DNA from: Botryllus schlosseri
Lineage: Eukaryota
Length of the DNA: 64,000 bases
Reading direction: 5' to 3'
Assembly: GCA_051294905.1 (NCBI GenBank)
Contig: CM119371.1
Span: 22,074,001-22,138,000 of the forward strand
Below the pieces are notes generated by a model. The model made no database searches and was not told where the DNA came from. It saw only the letters and a program-made list of their open reading frames with translations. Positions 25,741 to 38,090 of the stretch are shown here, piece after piece. How positions within the stretch are numbered: position 1 is the first letter of the stretch; each line of letters starts with the position of its first letter. The translations under genes and the position numbers were made by a program.

Positions 25741-28700
25741 CTTCTGTCAAACACGGTGAAGCACCCAAATCAGAGCTGACAGCCGCCGTCATCATTGAAG
25801 CATAACCGATTACCCAATCAAGAATCGTGGTTTCGTCATTGCCCGCCTAGTTGCAATTTCGCCGTCGGTGGCCCGCCCACTCTTTGGCAGCTACTTTCAA
25901 ACGCTTTGTAAGAAATCTTAACGACGTTCCTGAGAGCTTCTTTCAGGCTTGTTGATGTTTTTATTCAATAATCTATAGAATAAGACATTACAACGCAGCA
26001 TTTTCGAAATTTTTCAAATTTTGGACAACCCTAATGTACGTACGCACGCGTCGCATATGTTCGCGCACATTAGATGTAATTCAGTTTCGAGAAGTCACTC
26101 TTTAATCACAATCGCTAATCAGCATATACTTAACGACCATTTTATCCGAGCCATCGGGAAATATGAGCTAAAGCATGGTAGGCTCGAGACGCGGTAGTTA
26201 GACTAGCGATATCTTTCGTATACTAGGCCGCTTGCAGATGCGGTTGTGTAGGTCAGCTATGATATCGTGCACACCGGGCCTATAGCAGATGAGATTATTC
26301 AAGCCAGCGGAACTAGGCTTGTTGGAGAAGCGACAAATCAGGCTAGCAACTATTGCCGAGCACGCGGCAATGAATGACCTAATTTCGCAATCATCTCAGC
26401 GGATGATCGTGTCGCGTTACATTGTGCAGTGCATCGCGGACGGACGGTAATTGGCTACACGCCTTTCGCTAAATGGCCGCACTCAACACTGATAATACGA
26501 CTTACGACTTATTGAATTGCAACCGACCATTAGCGTCAGAACGATCATTTCAAAAGAAAGGGGTTTCGCGTTTAAGAAGGGGGTTTCACGCTTCTAAAGG
26601 AGGGGGTACCGACCCCCGAAACCCCCCCTCTGGCTACGCGCCTGACACCAGGCATAATCCTATTTTGATCTTGAGGGGTTTCTTATGAAATCCGTAAATG
26701 CCCCAGTCTGATCTTAAAAGTTTCGGGTTAAAATGCATTCAGAGTTAACTGAATTGCAGTGCTCTGCCGACAGGAAAGGCACTAGTATCCATACACAACA
26801 TGTGTATATGCAGAAGAATAACTTGCTATTGATACCGCATATTTCACAAATCAAACTGGGATCTCTTTCAGGTCGTCTTTGTAAGGATGCTCCATACTTC
26901 TGCAATCGGGAGATATTACCAGCGAAAAGCAGGCAGAACACCATATAAGACCATGAGGAGCTTCCAATTGCAGCGCTATGATTTACTAGTGATCTGAACG
27001 AAACCGCATATCATGAAGGAGTGAAAATGTCAACAAGTTGCTTGAAATGGATGGCAGAAACAAACACATATTTACAAGATAGCCACAAGACTACAATTTG
27101 ACACGGAATTGAAACTGATATGCACAGACTAATAATTACTAGAAAATATGGCACTGGATAAAGTACTCGCAGCTTAAAATGTTTCTGTGATAAATTATGA
27201 TACGAGCTCATCATACTGCGATACAAAAATTTGAACAAACTGATCTCTTAACAACACCTCCAGCGCAATTTACCATATTATAACGTAATTTTATAAATAT
27301 AGTACACTGTAATGTATAATACGCACCCTTAAAATGGCATGTAAATTCTGGGATCAAGCATGTAGGGCAGGGGTGTCAAACTCAACTTCGGACACGGGTC
27401 GGATTCAAAAGTTTTAATTCCAATACGTTACCTCCAAATCCATACATTTGTTCTTCACTGGAATGCTATATTATCTACCTACGATATAGAAAATAGTATT
27501 ATATATTATATCACGGATTATGTGGGCCACAGTTCAAGTCATTTCCGTATTTCGAGAAAATGACAGGAGTCACGTCGAGACACTAGAAAATCGTGACTCG
27601 AATCAAGTCATGACAACCCCGATGCTGAGGCTGACTGATTGTAATCACATCATCACATTGCATAGCGATCAATGATGTGCGTATCACAAATCATGCGGGG
27701 ATCCATTTCATGTCGCCTTTTGTAAGGATGCTAGATACTGTTGGAAATAGGAGATACTACTAGCGAAAAAAAGCTGGCGTAACAACATATCAGACAACAG
27801 AGAGCTTGATATTGTAGCGCTCTGATCCACCATTAATTTGAACAAATTGAACTCTCACGAGGAGTTGAAATGTCGACCGATTGCATGAAATGGATGGCAA
27901 AAAACACATATTCATAAAATGGCTACAGCAATACAACATGAAACGAAATTGAAAATGATGTGCGCAGACTGCTAATTACCAAACATTAGGACAAAGGATG
28001 ATGCACGCCCAGCTTAAAATTAAAGTGAAATAAACTATAGTATCAGCCCATCACACTGTATTACAAAGATTCCAAAATCCATAACAAACTGCTCTGAACA
28101 ACAGACCAAGCGCAATTATTGAAACTGATTCATGCAGTGAGAACCAAATTTTTCAGGTACTAATCATGTGCCATAATTGAAATGTGTAAACAGGAAAATC
28201 ATTTTAATACAGAAACAATTAGGCGAGAAAAACAAAGAATACCGAAAATATTTTGTGGTAGCGATGAATGGATATGTGCGAGAAGCTTAGTGACACGAAG
28301 ATACAAGCACATCACTATTTCTGCAATCTCAGTACAGTAATCATGCAGCCTGTAAGGTAATCCAAACATATGTTCACTATTTACTAGCAAAGATTTGATC
28401 ACAATACTTAATCATGGTGATATGGTGGCAGAGTGAATGGAGGACTCATCAAGTAAAAGGATATTTTAATATAGCGTGTTTCTGTCGATGTTACTTTATC
28501 ATGACCCAGATCATCATCGTGAAACAAACTAGACTTGTGTTTCGCTAGTCCTTTGATCATTTTTGAGTTGTCCTAAATTTATGTATCAGCAATAACATTC
28601 ATCATCTTAATGCAACAACTGTTCTTTAGCTTGACAACACGAAAGATTCGAAACACTTCATACAGATGAACGAAAGATTTGAGAGTCCGACAATTCATTG

Positions 28701-28890
28701 AATATAAAATGCTAACGATGCATATACGATTCAAAAATTCCAGGACACTGGATCATTCAGGTGTTCACAAAAGTGTGCTTTTTGAGGGAATGGATTTCTT
28801 GAGATATTCCATGATTAATTGCCATCACCTGCATGAATATTCACACATACTTCTAAAATACCGGAAAGTAAACGCTTTTCTACGGGTCTA

Positions 28891-29617
28891 ACTAGGACAG
28901 TTTGTGACTCCAGTATGTGCATTCTCATGTGTTTACAGGTGATCTATCAAAGCATATGCTTTTCCGCAGATCAGACATGCATAGTTTTTGACTCCGGTAT
29001 GCGTATTTCCATGTCTTTTTAAAGCTTTCAAGGTACCTAAATGATTGAATGATTTTCCACATATCTGACACTTCTAGATTTTGATTCCGGTATGTGTATG
29101 ACCATGCCTTTTCAAGTTACCGAGACGGCTGAAAGATTTTTCACAGATCTGACATTCGTAGTTTTGACTCCAGTATGGGTATTACCATGTGTTTTCAAGG
29201 ACCTTAATTGACTGAATGATTTTCCACAGATCTGACACTCATAGTTTTTTATTCCAGTATGTGTATGACCATGTGTTTTCAAGTTACCGAGATGATTGAA
29301 TGATTTTCCACATATCTGACAATCATAGTTTTTGACTCCAGTATGTGTATGACCATGTGTTGTCAAGTTACTTAAATGACTGAATGATTTTCCACATATC
29401 TGACAATCGTAGTTTTTGACTCCAGTATGTGTATGACCATGTCTTTTCAAGTTACCTAAATGATTGAATGACTTTCCACAGATCTGGCACTCATAGTTTT
29501 TGACACCAGTATGCGTATGACCATGTATTTTCAAGGTACCTAATTGACTGAATGATTTCCCACATATCTGACACTCGTGGTTTTTGACTCCAGTATGTGT
29601 ATGAATATGTAGTTTCG
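28891..29617 (-). pseudogene. 3' half of a type-B ZNF gene, with its 5' part lost at the foldback junction
   Basis: ORF 29112..29687 has fingers SQLGTLKIH and NHLGNLKRH. It is frameshifted near 29165, and its terminal finger and stop match the 43983 gene. Confidence 0.85.
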
Positions 29618-29622
29618 AAGTC

Positions 29623-30295
29623 TTTGGAGAGACATATATTAGGGTTGGAGGTGGGTTAGGGCCAAAGTTGGGGTTACGGTATCCCAAGATTATTGTTGGG
29701 GGAGGGGGTATTAGGGAAGAGGAAGGAGGGATATTAGGGTTGGATGTGGGTTAGGGTCAAAGTTGGGGTTAGGGTATCCCAAGATGAGGGTTGGGGAAGG
29801 GGGATATTAGGGTTGGGGGAGGGGTGTAAGAGTTGGATGTGGGTTAGGGTCAAAGTTGAGGTTGGGGTATCCCAAGATTAGGTTTGGGGAAGCGGGATAT
29901 TAGGGTTGGGGAGGGGGGTCTTAGAGTTGGATGTGGGTTAGGGTCAAAGTTGAGGTTAGGGTTTCCCAATATTGCGGTTGGGGGAGGGGGTTCGGATGTG
30001 GGTTAGGGATACCTTAACCTAAACTTTGACCCCAACCTTAACCCTAACCCACATCCAACCTTAATGCCCCCCTCCCCAACCCTAATATCCCCCTCTCCCC
30101 CAACTCTAATCTTGGGATACCCTAACCCCAACTTTGACCCTAACCCACATCCAACCCTAATATCCCTCCTTTCTCTTCCCTAATACACCCTTCCCCCAAC
30201 CGTAATCTTGGCATACCCTGACTCCGACCTTGACCCTAACCCAAATCCAACACCATTATCTCCATTCCCCCAACCCTAATATCCGTCTGTTCAAA
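29623..30295. repeat. Foldback/palindrome of about 94-bp TTAGGG-rich units (G-rich arm, then C-rich arm)
   Basis: About 4 units of GGATGTGGGTTAGGGTCAAAGTTGGGGTTAGGGTATCCCAAGAT are followed, after about 30010, by about 3 reverse-complement units. The outer ends TTTG.A.AGAC..ATATTAGGGTTGG are inverted. Confidence 0.9.
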
Positions 30296-30431
30296 TGCAA
30301 AAAAAAAAATATTTTGATGTTTATAAAATTTTATCGTGTTCATGGGAAAACATTTATGGGTGTCATGGGGGGCACTGCTTTGATCTCGGGCGTATATCGA
30401 AGAAGCGCCGCTCTACTGGTAGTCCTACAGA

Positions 30432-32126
30432 TCACAACACATATGGTGTGCACACATTGGTAGACTTTTGTTTTATGACGAACTGGACATCTGGGCATTT
30501 ATTGGCCGGCAGAGAGAATATCCCAGCGTGAATATCCATATGTCTTGTTAAATGTGCATTTCGAGCGAAGAACTTTCCACACATCTCGCATTCATAGTTT
30601 TTGAACCCAGTATGTGTATTTCCATGTCTTCCCAAGTTACCAAGGTGATCAAAAGTCTTTCCGCAAATCTGACATGCATACTTTTTTACTCCAAGATGTG
30701 TATTTAAATGCATTTTTAAGCTACGAAGCTGGGAAAACACTTTTCCGCAGATCTGACATGCATAGTTTTTTATTCCAATATGTGTATATACATGTGTTTT
30801 CAAGTGACCAAGCTGGCTAAACGCTTTTCCGCAGATGTGACATGCATATTGTTTGACTCCGGTATGTATATTCGCATGTCTTTTCAAGACACAAAGCCGG
30901 GTAAACGCTTGTCCACAGATCAGACACTCATAGTTTTTGATTCCAGTATGGGTTTTCCCGTGTTCCTTCAAGTTACTGAGATAACTAAACGCTTTTCCAC
31001 ATATCTCACATTCATAGCTTTTGACTGCAGCATGTATATTTCCGTGTGTTTTCAAATCGCTGAGCCGCGCAAACAATTTCTGACAAATCTGACACTCATA
31101 ATTTTTTACTCTAGTATGTGTATATCCATGTGTTTTCAAGTGACCAAGCTGGCTAAACGCTTTTCCGCAGATGTGACAGGCATATTGTTTGACTCCAGTA
31201 TGTGTATGCTCATGTCTTTTCAAGTCACCAAGTCGGGCAAACGCTTTTCCACAGATCTGACACTCATAGTTTTTGAATCCAGTATGTGTCTTTCTGTGTT
31301 TTACCATGACATCATGCCGGATAAATGCTTTTCCGCAGATCTGACATGCATAGTTTTTGACTCCAGTATGTGTATTTTCATGCTTTCTCAAGTCACCAAG
31401 CCAGGTAAACGCTCTTCCACAGATCTGACACTCATAGTTTTTTATTCCTGTATGTATATTTCCATGTGTTTTTAAACTGTCGAGGCGCGCAAACGATTTA
31501 CCACAGATCTGACACTCATAGTTTTTGACTACAGTATGTGTATTTACATGTCTATTCAAGTGACCAAGCTGGCTATAGGTTTTTCCGCAGATCTGGCATA
31601 CATATTGTTTGTCTCTGGTATGTGTATGTCCATGCGTTTTCAAGTCACCAAGACGGGAAAACGCTTTTCCACAGATCTGACACTCATAGTTTGTGACTCC
31701 TGTATGTGTATTTCCATGTTCTTTCAAGTGAGCAAGCTGGGTAAACGCTTTGGTGCAGTTCTGACACTCATAGTTTCTGACTCCAGTATGTATATTTCCA
31801 TGTGTTTTCAGGTCGCCGAGCCGCACATACGATATTCCACAGATCTGACAGTCATTGTTTATCACTCCAATGTGAGCAGTATGTGTATCCGCACGTCTTA
31901 CCAACTGACCGATCAGATTATCCTCTTTGCCAATGACTTTGCATTCATGATTTTTCAGACCAGTGTGGGATAGTATATGTTTTTTCAGTGTAGAGATAGC
32001 AGCAAAGGCTTTTCCGCAGATCTCACATTCTGTATTTCTATCCTCAAGGTGGAATCGAAGATGAGTTTTTAATCCGTCATGACGATGGAAGCTCTTTCCA
32101 CAGATCGAGCACATCTTCTTTGACAT
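30432..32126 (-). CDS. Multi-finger C2H2 zinc-finger protein (type A), 564 aa (18 canonical plus 1 degenerate finger)
   Basis: Open tandem finger array. After ...HMDIHAGI (near 30520) it reads into unrelated DNA, so the native 3' end appears lost. Confidence 0.85.
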   Translation of the reverse strand: MSKKMCSICGKSFHRHDGLKTHLRFHLEDRNTECEICGKAFAAISTLKKHILSHTGLKNHECKVIGKEDNLIGQLVRRADTHTAHIGVINNDCQICGISYVRLGDLKTHGNIHTGVRNYECQNCTKAFTQLAHLKEHGNTHTGVTNYECQICGKAFSRLGDLKTHGHTHTRDKQYVCQICGKTYSQLGHLNRHVNTHTVVKNYECQICGKSFARLDSLKTHGNIHTGIKNYECQICGRAFTWLGDLRKHENTHTGVKNYACQICGKAFIRHDVMVKHRKTHTGFKNYECQICGKAFARLGDLKRHEHTHTGVKQYACHICGKAFSQLGHLKTHGYTHTRVKNYECQICQKLFARLSDLKTHGNIHAAVKSYECEICGKAFSYLSNLKEHGKTHTGIKNYECLICGQAFTRLCVLKRHANIHTGVKQYACHICGKAFSQLGHLKTHVYTHIGIKNYACQICGKVFSQLRSLKMHLNTHLGVKKYACQICGKTFDHLGNLGRHGNTHTGFKNYECEMCGKFFARNAHLTRHMDIHAGIFSLPANKCPDVQFVIKQKSTNVCTPYVL

Positions 32127-32912
32127 TCTTTGGGATTATCTGTTATTTACTTCACTTTTTCAAGCATCACATATGAACCGCCCTCTTCTTGAAAATGAGT
32201 AATCAATGACAGATTGGAATGAGCTAGTATATAGTATTAGAATTCTTATATTACAGGAACCTGTCTGGAATACAGAAGCAATTAGAAATAAGGAAGCAGT
32301 TTGATAAATAACAAAATCTTAGAATAACAAATATATGATCTATGAATACCAGTTTAGTAGAATCATTAGGCCTTGTAGCAAAATCGGTAACCTGACAATC
32401 CAGACGAGTACTTCGTTATAGATGGTTCACAATACTTTGGAGATCACTTCCATTTATGATATTGGCAGCAGATAGGACATTTGGCAAGTTCAGGTTTCAA
32501 CTTGATTGTGCCATATATTTCAGCTTCAAGACACCATACTGTTAATTTTCTCTGTTTTAAACAAGTCCCAGGATGAAGGAATATTCAAAACAATCCTGGA
32601 GCAAGTGCGACACCATCAGCCCGGTTCGGCTAGGCGATAAGGGGAGAATATCTGGTTCGGAGTAGGCCCTATGGCCCTGGTCATGTTGGACACATGCTCC
32701 CTCCGATAGCACGAGCCAACAGAGGAATGTGTTCGGCAGTATTTTGGAGATCAATGTTTTTTCAACATTTACGACAGTGGTTCTCGAACGTTTTGGCAGC
32801 GAGGTCCTCCTATGAACTGTCATGGACCACTGCGGACAGCCAAGTGTTAGTTGAAATTTAGCATTATTATCGCGCACCCGTCATCTGTACCATGAAAATA
32901 TCAACTGTCTAG

Positions 32913-33095
32913 CAGTGTTGGGATGACTCGAGTCATGACTTGACTCGAGTCAGACTCGAGTCAACTTTTTCGAATGACTTGACTTGACTCGAGTCACTTT
33001 GCAAAAATGACTTGACTTGACTTGACTCGGCGCTTCAAAATGTGGATTGACTCGTGACTCGGAGCAAAATTTACGAGTCAATTTCAAGTCATCAA
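32913..33095. mobile_element. hAT-like element end with GACTCGAGTC/GACTT subterminal repeats
   Basis: CAGTGTTGGG start followed by clustered GACTCGAGTC palindromes. A related end occurs near 27590-27627. Confidence 0.55.
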
Positions 33096-33480
33096 GTAAA
33101 CGGTGTCGACTAAATCAATGTATTTTGTGCATGTTCGGATTATTCACGATATGCCGTTGTAACTTGTAAGAGCAACCAGTCATTCACTGATTTACGTTTC
33201 ACTGATCCTACATTGTTACATCACAAATACACTGACCGCAAACGAAATGATCACAGCTTGCGTTGTCGTAGTAGCAGATTAATTTAATAGCAACGTATCG
33301 CTGTTTATTGGACGGCTCTTTCCTTACATTGCACGGCGCTCACATTTACCAACTTGTATGACTTAAATCGGAAAATATATTTTGTGCATTTATATCCTCA
33401 CGGATGTGTATAGATGGCTAGTGTGTTGTACGATACAATCTCTTTCATGTTCTCGAGGCTTCGTATTCGATCCTCTAAGA

Positions 33481-34410
33481 CAGTGGTCCTTAACCTTGCC
33501 CCCAGCGCCCCCCAGGGGGCGCTGGCGATTTTGAAGGGGGGCGGAAACGCTCAGGAGGCGATATGGGGGGCGCTGGGCTCAGGGGGGCGGTATGGGGGGC
33601 GCTGGAGAAAAATGGCTTCGCGTAGATAATGTGGTGATAGGACATATCCTTAATGAGTATTCAGAGCAAATTAACACCGAAAACTTCGTTACATATAGCC
33701 TTCAAAATACATATAAGTTTAATTGTCCATGGGCGCCTAAATGACTGACACCAAATGCTCCTGTCTTGGCAATCTGAACCCCAGAAGACGAATTCCATCT
33801 GGCAGGGAAAAATTATATGTCAGTGAAGAAATACCAATCTGAAATCGTGTGCGTCTTTTTTAGTACGATTGGGCGACAGGGATATTTCTGTTGGGCGATA
33901 TCCCCGTTGAGCGATTCTTTTTTTTTGATATTGCAGACAGGGGTCACGAAATAACATCAAGCAACGAAGTCATACCAACGGGTTCGCCCGCCCGAATATG
34001 TTTAATTATTAGTAATGGGCCCTACAGTTTCCAAGAAACCTCACAATGTTCGCTTTAGGTTTTGATGGGTCTGCGCACACTCAACAACTCACTGCGCTGA
34101 CCCTTGGACAACAGTGCGTAACGACTAAAAAAAGGTAATAACTACGGATTTGTTGTACGCAACGTAGATTTTCTGTGCGCAGAGACTTTGCTGACCATCA
34201 AAATCACGCCACGAACCCCTCAGAAGTTCGATTTATCACGCTATGGGTGCGCACGGCAATCGTTTTTAGGGGGGTTGACGAAGTGCTGTTACGGCCCTGT
34301 CTCTTACTCATCGTCTTTATTACATTCCTTACAATATGAAGTTGGGGGGGCGCTGGAGCACGATAATTTTTGAAAGGGGGCGCTGGAAGAAAAAAGGTTA
34401 AGAACCACTG
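33481..34410. mobile_element. hAT Charlie/Buster-type MITE (930 bp)
   Basis: TIR CAGTGGT(C/T)CTTAACCTT, perfect TSD CTCTAAGA and GGGGCG subterminal repeats. Confidence 0.9.
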
Positions 34411-34433
34411 CTCTAAGAGAATGTAGCATAGCT

Positions 34434-34814
34434 CAGAGTTGTCAAACTCAACTGACGTCGCGCGTCGAATTCAAATATTCAGATCAATCGCGGGCCGCAC
34501 CAGTCAAATTATTCCAAAATTTTACTAACTCTTAACTCAATATATGCACTTTTTCGCATTCTCGGAATTGGGTGTCCATGTCAGCGATTTTCTCCTGACG
34601 ATGACTACAATCACAACTCCGCTGTCAGGTGGTTGTAATGTGGCCTATGAACATACTCGAAATTTGCTATCTTGAAGGAATATTTATTAGTAGTATTTCT
34701 TACTACAAATTCGAGAAATGTGTTGGATAAAATCACGCAATTTTCAACATATACTCAGAATTTCTTCGCGGGCCGAATGAAATCATTTGGCAGGTCGTAT
34801 GTTTGACACCCCTG
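34434..34814. mobile_element. hAT MITE
   Basis: Ends CAGAGTTGTCAAAC...GTTTGACACCCCTG with GCGGGCCG subterminal motifs. The TSD is imperfect (GCATAGCT/ATGTAGCT). Confidence 0.65.
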
Positions 34815-34949
34815 ATGTAGCTATTCAGTTACTGACGTATTTTATTAGCAGTTCTATGTGTGCGTGAGCGATACAATGCATTTTTGCATGTGTCTTTAAC
34901 TTTATATTCGTTATTTGATTCAAGAGAAATGACCAATTGATCTCTTTAA

Positions 34950-35800
34950 CCCAACTAGAACGGCCGGCCTCGAGTCCAAATTTCAATGCATTTAGAAAAA
35001 TGTTCATAAAATCTGAACCACGAAGAAAAATGTTCATAAAATCTGAACCACGAGAGTTGAACCGACACGCAATATATCGCTGTAATCGTGAAACAGCCGC
35101 CTAACCAACTGAGCTACTCTCAAAGCGAGAGAGAAACAGGTGATGCCACTATACCAAGAAGTGTTCTTAATTTTTTGAAAATAAAAGAGAATTTGATTTT
35201 TGAATTTGCGACTACGTCATACATAGACGTGCTCGGGATAGAATCATCGCCTGACTGATTTCACAGCAATATCAGGATTCCAAAATGACCTGAGTGAGGT
35301 TCTTATAATACAATCGAGTGTAACGACCGTTGATATACCGATGGCTACAGTTGGCTGTAGCGCGATTGATGCCAGGCGTCTCGCATTCATCGCCGCACAT
35401 ACACGCGCCGCGTGTTATTGTAGTATCGACGGCGTTCAATGATTCATTTCACAGTGCCGATGTATCGCTTTGTACGAGTTACTAAGTACTAGATAGTGCT
35501 TTGTCGAAACACACCTTGCTCTTGTACAACAACTAGATCTGAATATATAGTGGTTGGATTGACAGGTAGTCATACCTGCAATATAAAATACACTGTTTCA
35601 CTGATATTTTACTGGGCATTTACCGGACGTTCAAATGATTCATTTCATAACGCCATGTAATCGCCTATCCATCCTTTGTACGAGATAGTGGTATGTGCTG
35701 AATCGAACCTCGCTGCTGTACAACAACTAGAACTGAATATTTAGTGGTTGAAATGACAGATAACAACAAATAACAACAAACCACATCTAACACTAACAAA
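34950..35800 (-). mobile_element. Truncated piggyBac-like non-autonomous element with a tRNA-like segment
   Basis: TTAA-CCC end. The reverse complement of 34950-34990 and 35057-35120 matches 60970-61011 and 60872-60935. Contains an internal direct repeat of about 190 bp. The far boundary is uncertain. Confidence 0.55.
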
Positions 35801-36762
35801 CGGAACACGGACATTTATTGCCTCTCTCAGCCGAACAGCGCAATAGTGAGACTGTCGTCTAGTATATCAGGTAGGCTATGCATATCGGCATATGTAGCAA
35901 TGACATGTCGAGTCGCGTCACACAATATATGAAATAATGCATCACACGTGTAATACAACAGCAAATCGAAATAATAACAAGCCGGCACATCTAGCACCAA
36001 CACATGGAAAAACGTAAGAAACCATTATAGCATTGGCAACTGAAGGTATTGCAATTATATTCGTTGCCCACACTGCAATGATAATAGGTCAACTGCTTTG
36101 ACAGAGTTACGCCGAATTTTCGTGCCTCTCTCGTGAATCATGGACGAATAAAATACTTTGAATCAAGAAAGTGCATTGATTAGATGGAACCGGGATTTGA
36201 TGCCTGGCTTTGCTGGTCGTCAAATTTTCATAAATGACCTGCGCGTTGTAGAGCAGACATGAAAATACCTTTCAATACCAGAATCGCGACCGGAGCTTTG
36301 ATGTGCCGGTGCATTTCTTTTTATTCGCTACTACGGGAAAGACGTGAAACATTTCCACCAGAAGTGAAACCATTTACGGACATAAATTTGCTGTCATATC
36401 AATAGCGGAGATCTTGTAGCTCGCTGAAGAACATCATGGCAGTATTGGTGTATTAGTATGAATAGCAAAAATATTCAATATGCGTAATCTTCAACAGCAA
36501 CAGAAAATACATTGCTAAAACCCGCGCATGTTATTTCGTAACATATTTTTACTTCCAGTTCGAAGAATCTTCTGTGCGACTAATTTTTGATTATAAGTAT
36601 TCCAATACATGGGAAATGGGCATAACCAACACATGTTAGGAGAAAAGATCTGCAAATGAATTTGATGTCTCGGAGATGCGCTGATTTAGGTCACGGGCGC
36701 TGGTTTATCTCACGCGCGCACATTCACGCGAACGCAAAACGTTTTTATGTATTCAATCTGCA

Positions 36763-37632
36763 TTTTCAAGCTATCAGGATGATTGAATCATTTTCCACAG
36801 ATCTGGCACTCATAGTTTTTTAATTTCCTGTATGTGTATGAAAATGTATTTTCAAGGTACTTGAATGACTGAATGATTTTCCACAGATCTGACACTCGTG
36901 GATTTTGACTCCAGTATGTGCATGACCATGTGCTTTTAAATTACCGAGATGACTGAACCATTTTCCACGGATCTGACACTCATAGTTTTCGACTCCCATA
37001 TGTGTATTTCCATGTCTGTTCAAGTTACCAAGCTGGGTGAACGGTTTATCACAGATCTGACACTTATATACTTGGATTCGTCTATGTGCATTCTCGTGTG
37101 TTTTCAAGTTACTTGGATGATTAAAAGTTTTCGCACAAATCTGACATTTATAGTTTTTGACTCCGGTATGTGTATTCATATGTGTTTTCAAGTCACCAAC
37201 TAGACTAAACGTTTTTCCACAGATCTCACATTCATGGTTCCTCCGTGTAGTATGTATCTTTTCATGTGTTTTCGAGTCATTGAATCGCATAAACGATATT
37301 CCACAGATCTGGCGCTCATGGTCTTTGAGTCCAGTGTGAGTTATAGTGTGTTTCGCTAAATATGTCATCCTAGCGAAGGACTTCCAACACATCTCACATT
37401 TATAATAATTTCCTTCAGTGCGTGTGTCCCTGTTCCTATTCAAGTTGCCGCTCAGATTTTTCAATCCAGTGTGTGATAGTTTATGTTCTTTCAGTGTATT
37501 TAATGCAGCAAAAGCTTTCCCGCAGATATCACATTCGGTACTTTTATCTTTAGGGTGAAATCGCAGGTGAGTTTTCATTTCGTCATGATTGCGGAAGCTC
37601 TTTCCACTGATCGAGCACATCTTCTCTGTCAT
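36763..37632 (-). pseudogene. Type-B ZNF, 3'-truncated (ORF 36820..37632, 270 aa)
   Basis: Near-identical to 13894-14738. Frameshifted near 36825, with homology cut at 36763. Confidence 0.8.
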
Positions 37633-37936
37633 TCTTCTGGATTATCTGAAATTATTTCTTCAAGAATCACACATCAACAGTTCTCTGCTTGAAATCGAAC
37701 ATTCAACGATAGCTTGGAATGAGCTATAGCATTTAAATTCTTGTATTGTAGCAACCCAGTCTGTAACACAGAAAATAAATTAGCAATATCGGATCAGTTT
37801 CAAAACGTACATAGTTTAGCAGATGCAAGAAAATCAAACACACAGCAAATGTCTACCAATATAGTTAAATTTTTAGACCTCGTAGAGATCGATAAGCAGA
37901 CAATTCCGACAGTCGTACATTAGACGAGTCGTTCCT

Positions 37937-38090
37937 GACCGACAAGATAGAGTAGTGCTGAAACGTCCGGCTGCTTGATCGGTAGATCGTGTGTTCAAAC
38001 CACACCCGGGTTAGACCAGAGAACTGATTATTAACACAGGCGTCCAGGACTTCCCTGCCTGGCGATCATGAATTACGGGGATAGCATGGA
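37937..38090 (+). mobile_element. tRNA-derived SINE (duplicate of the 15047 copy)
   Basis: Collinear paralogue within the segmental duplication. Confidence 0.55.

Larger units (their letters stand above)
22343..26033 (-). mobile_element. Near-complete hATm-type DNA transposon (3691 bp)
   Basis: TAG...CTA termini, 144-bp TIRs (22343-22486, 25890-26033) with one mismatch, and a perfect 8-bp TSD ATGTACGT. Encodes a DDE transposase. Confidence 0.92.
21427..26644. mobile_element. Non-autonomous hAT element (about 1.5 kb net) hosting the hATm insertion
   Basis: Perfect 15-bp TIR CAGGCGCGTAGCCAG and perfect 8-bp TSD ACACCAGG (21419-21426, 26645-26652). Contains an internal direct repeat of about 450 bp. 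Confidence 0.9.

Noticed and set aside
26714..26944. Short ORFs with QRRPExDPxLICE motifs (also 41923 and 58651) as a small-protein family
   Set aside because: Frames, starts and lengths are not conserved between copies. The similarity is explained by the duplicated non-coding module.
29620..29687. Pro-rich N-terminus MGYRNPNFGPNPPPT of ORF 29112..29687 as a novel domain
   Set aside because: It is read-through from the TTAGGG-rich foldback into a truncated gene.
30780..31973. Long plus-strand ORFs (MCISMCFQVTK... repeats), also at 13121, 19032, 50156 and 55443
   Set aside because: They are antisense shadows of the 84-bp finger repeats and have no independent coding signal.
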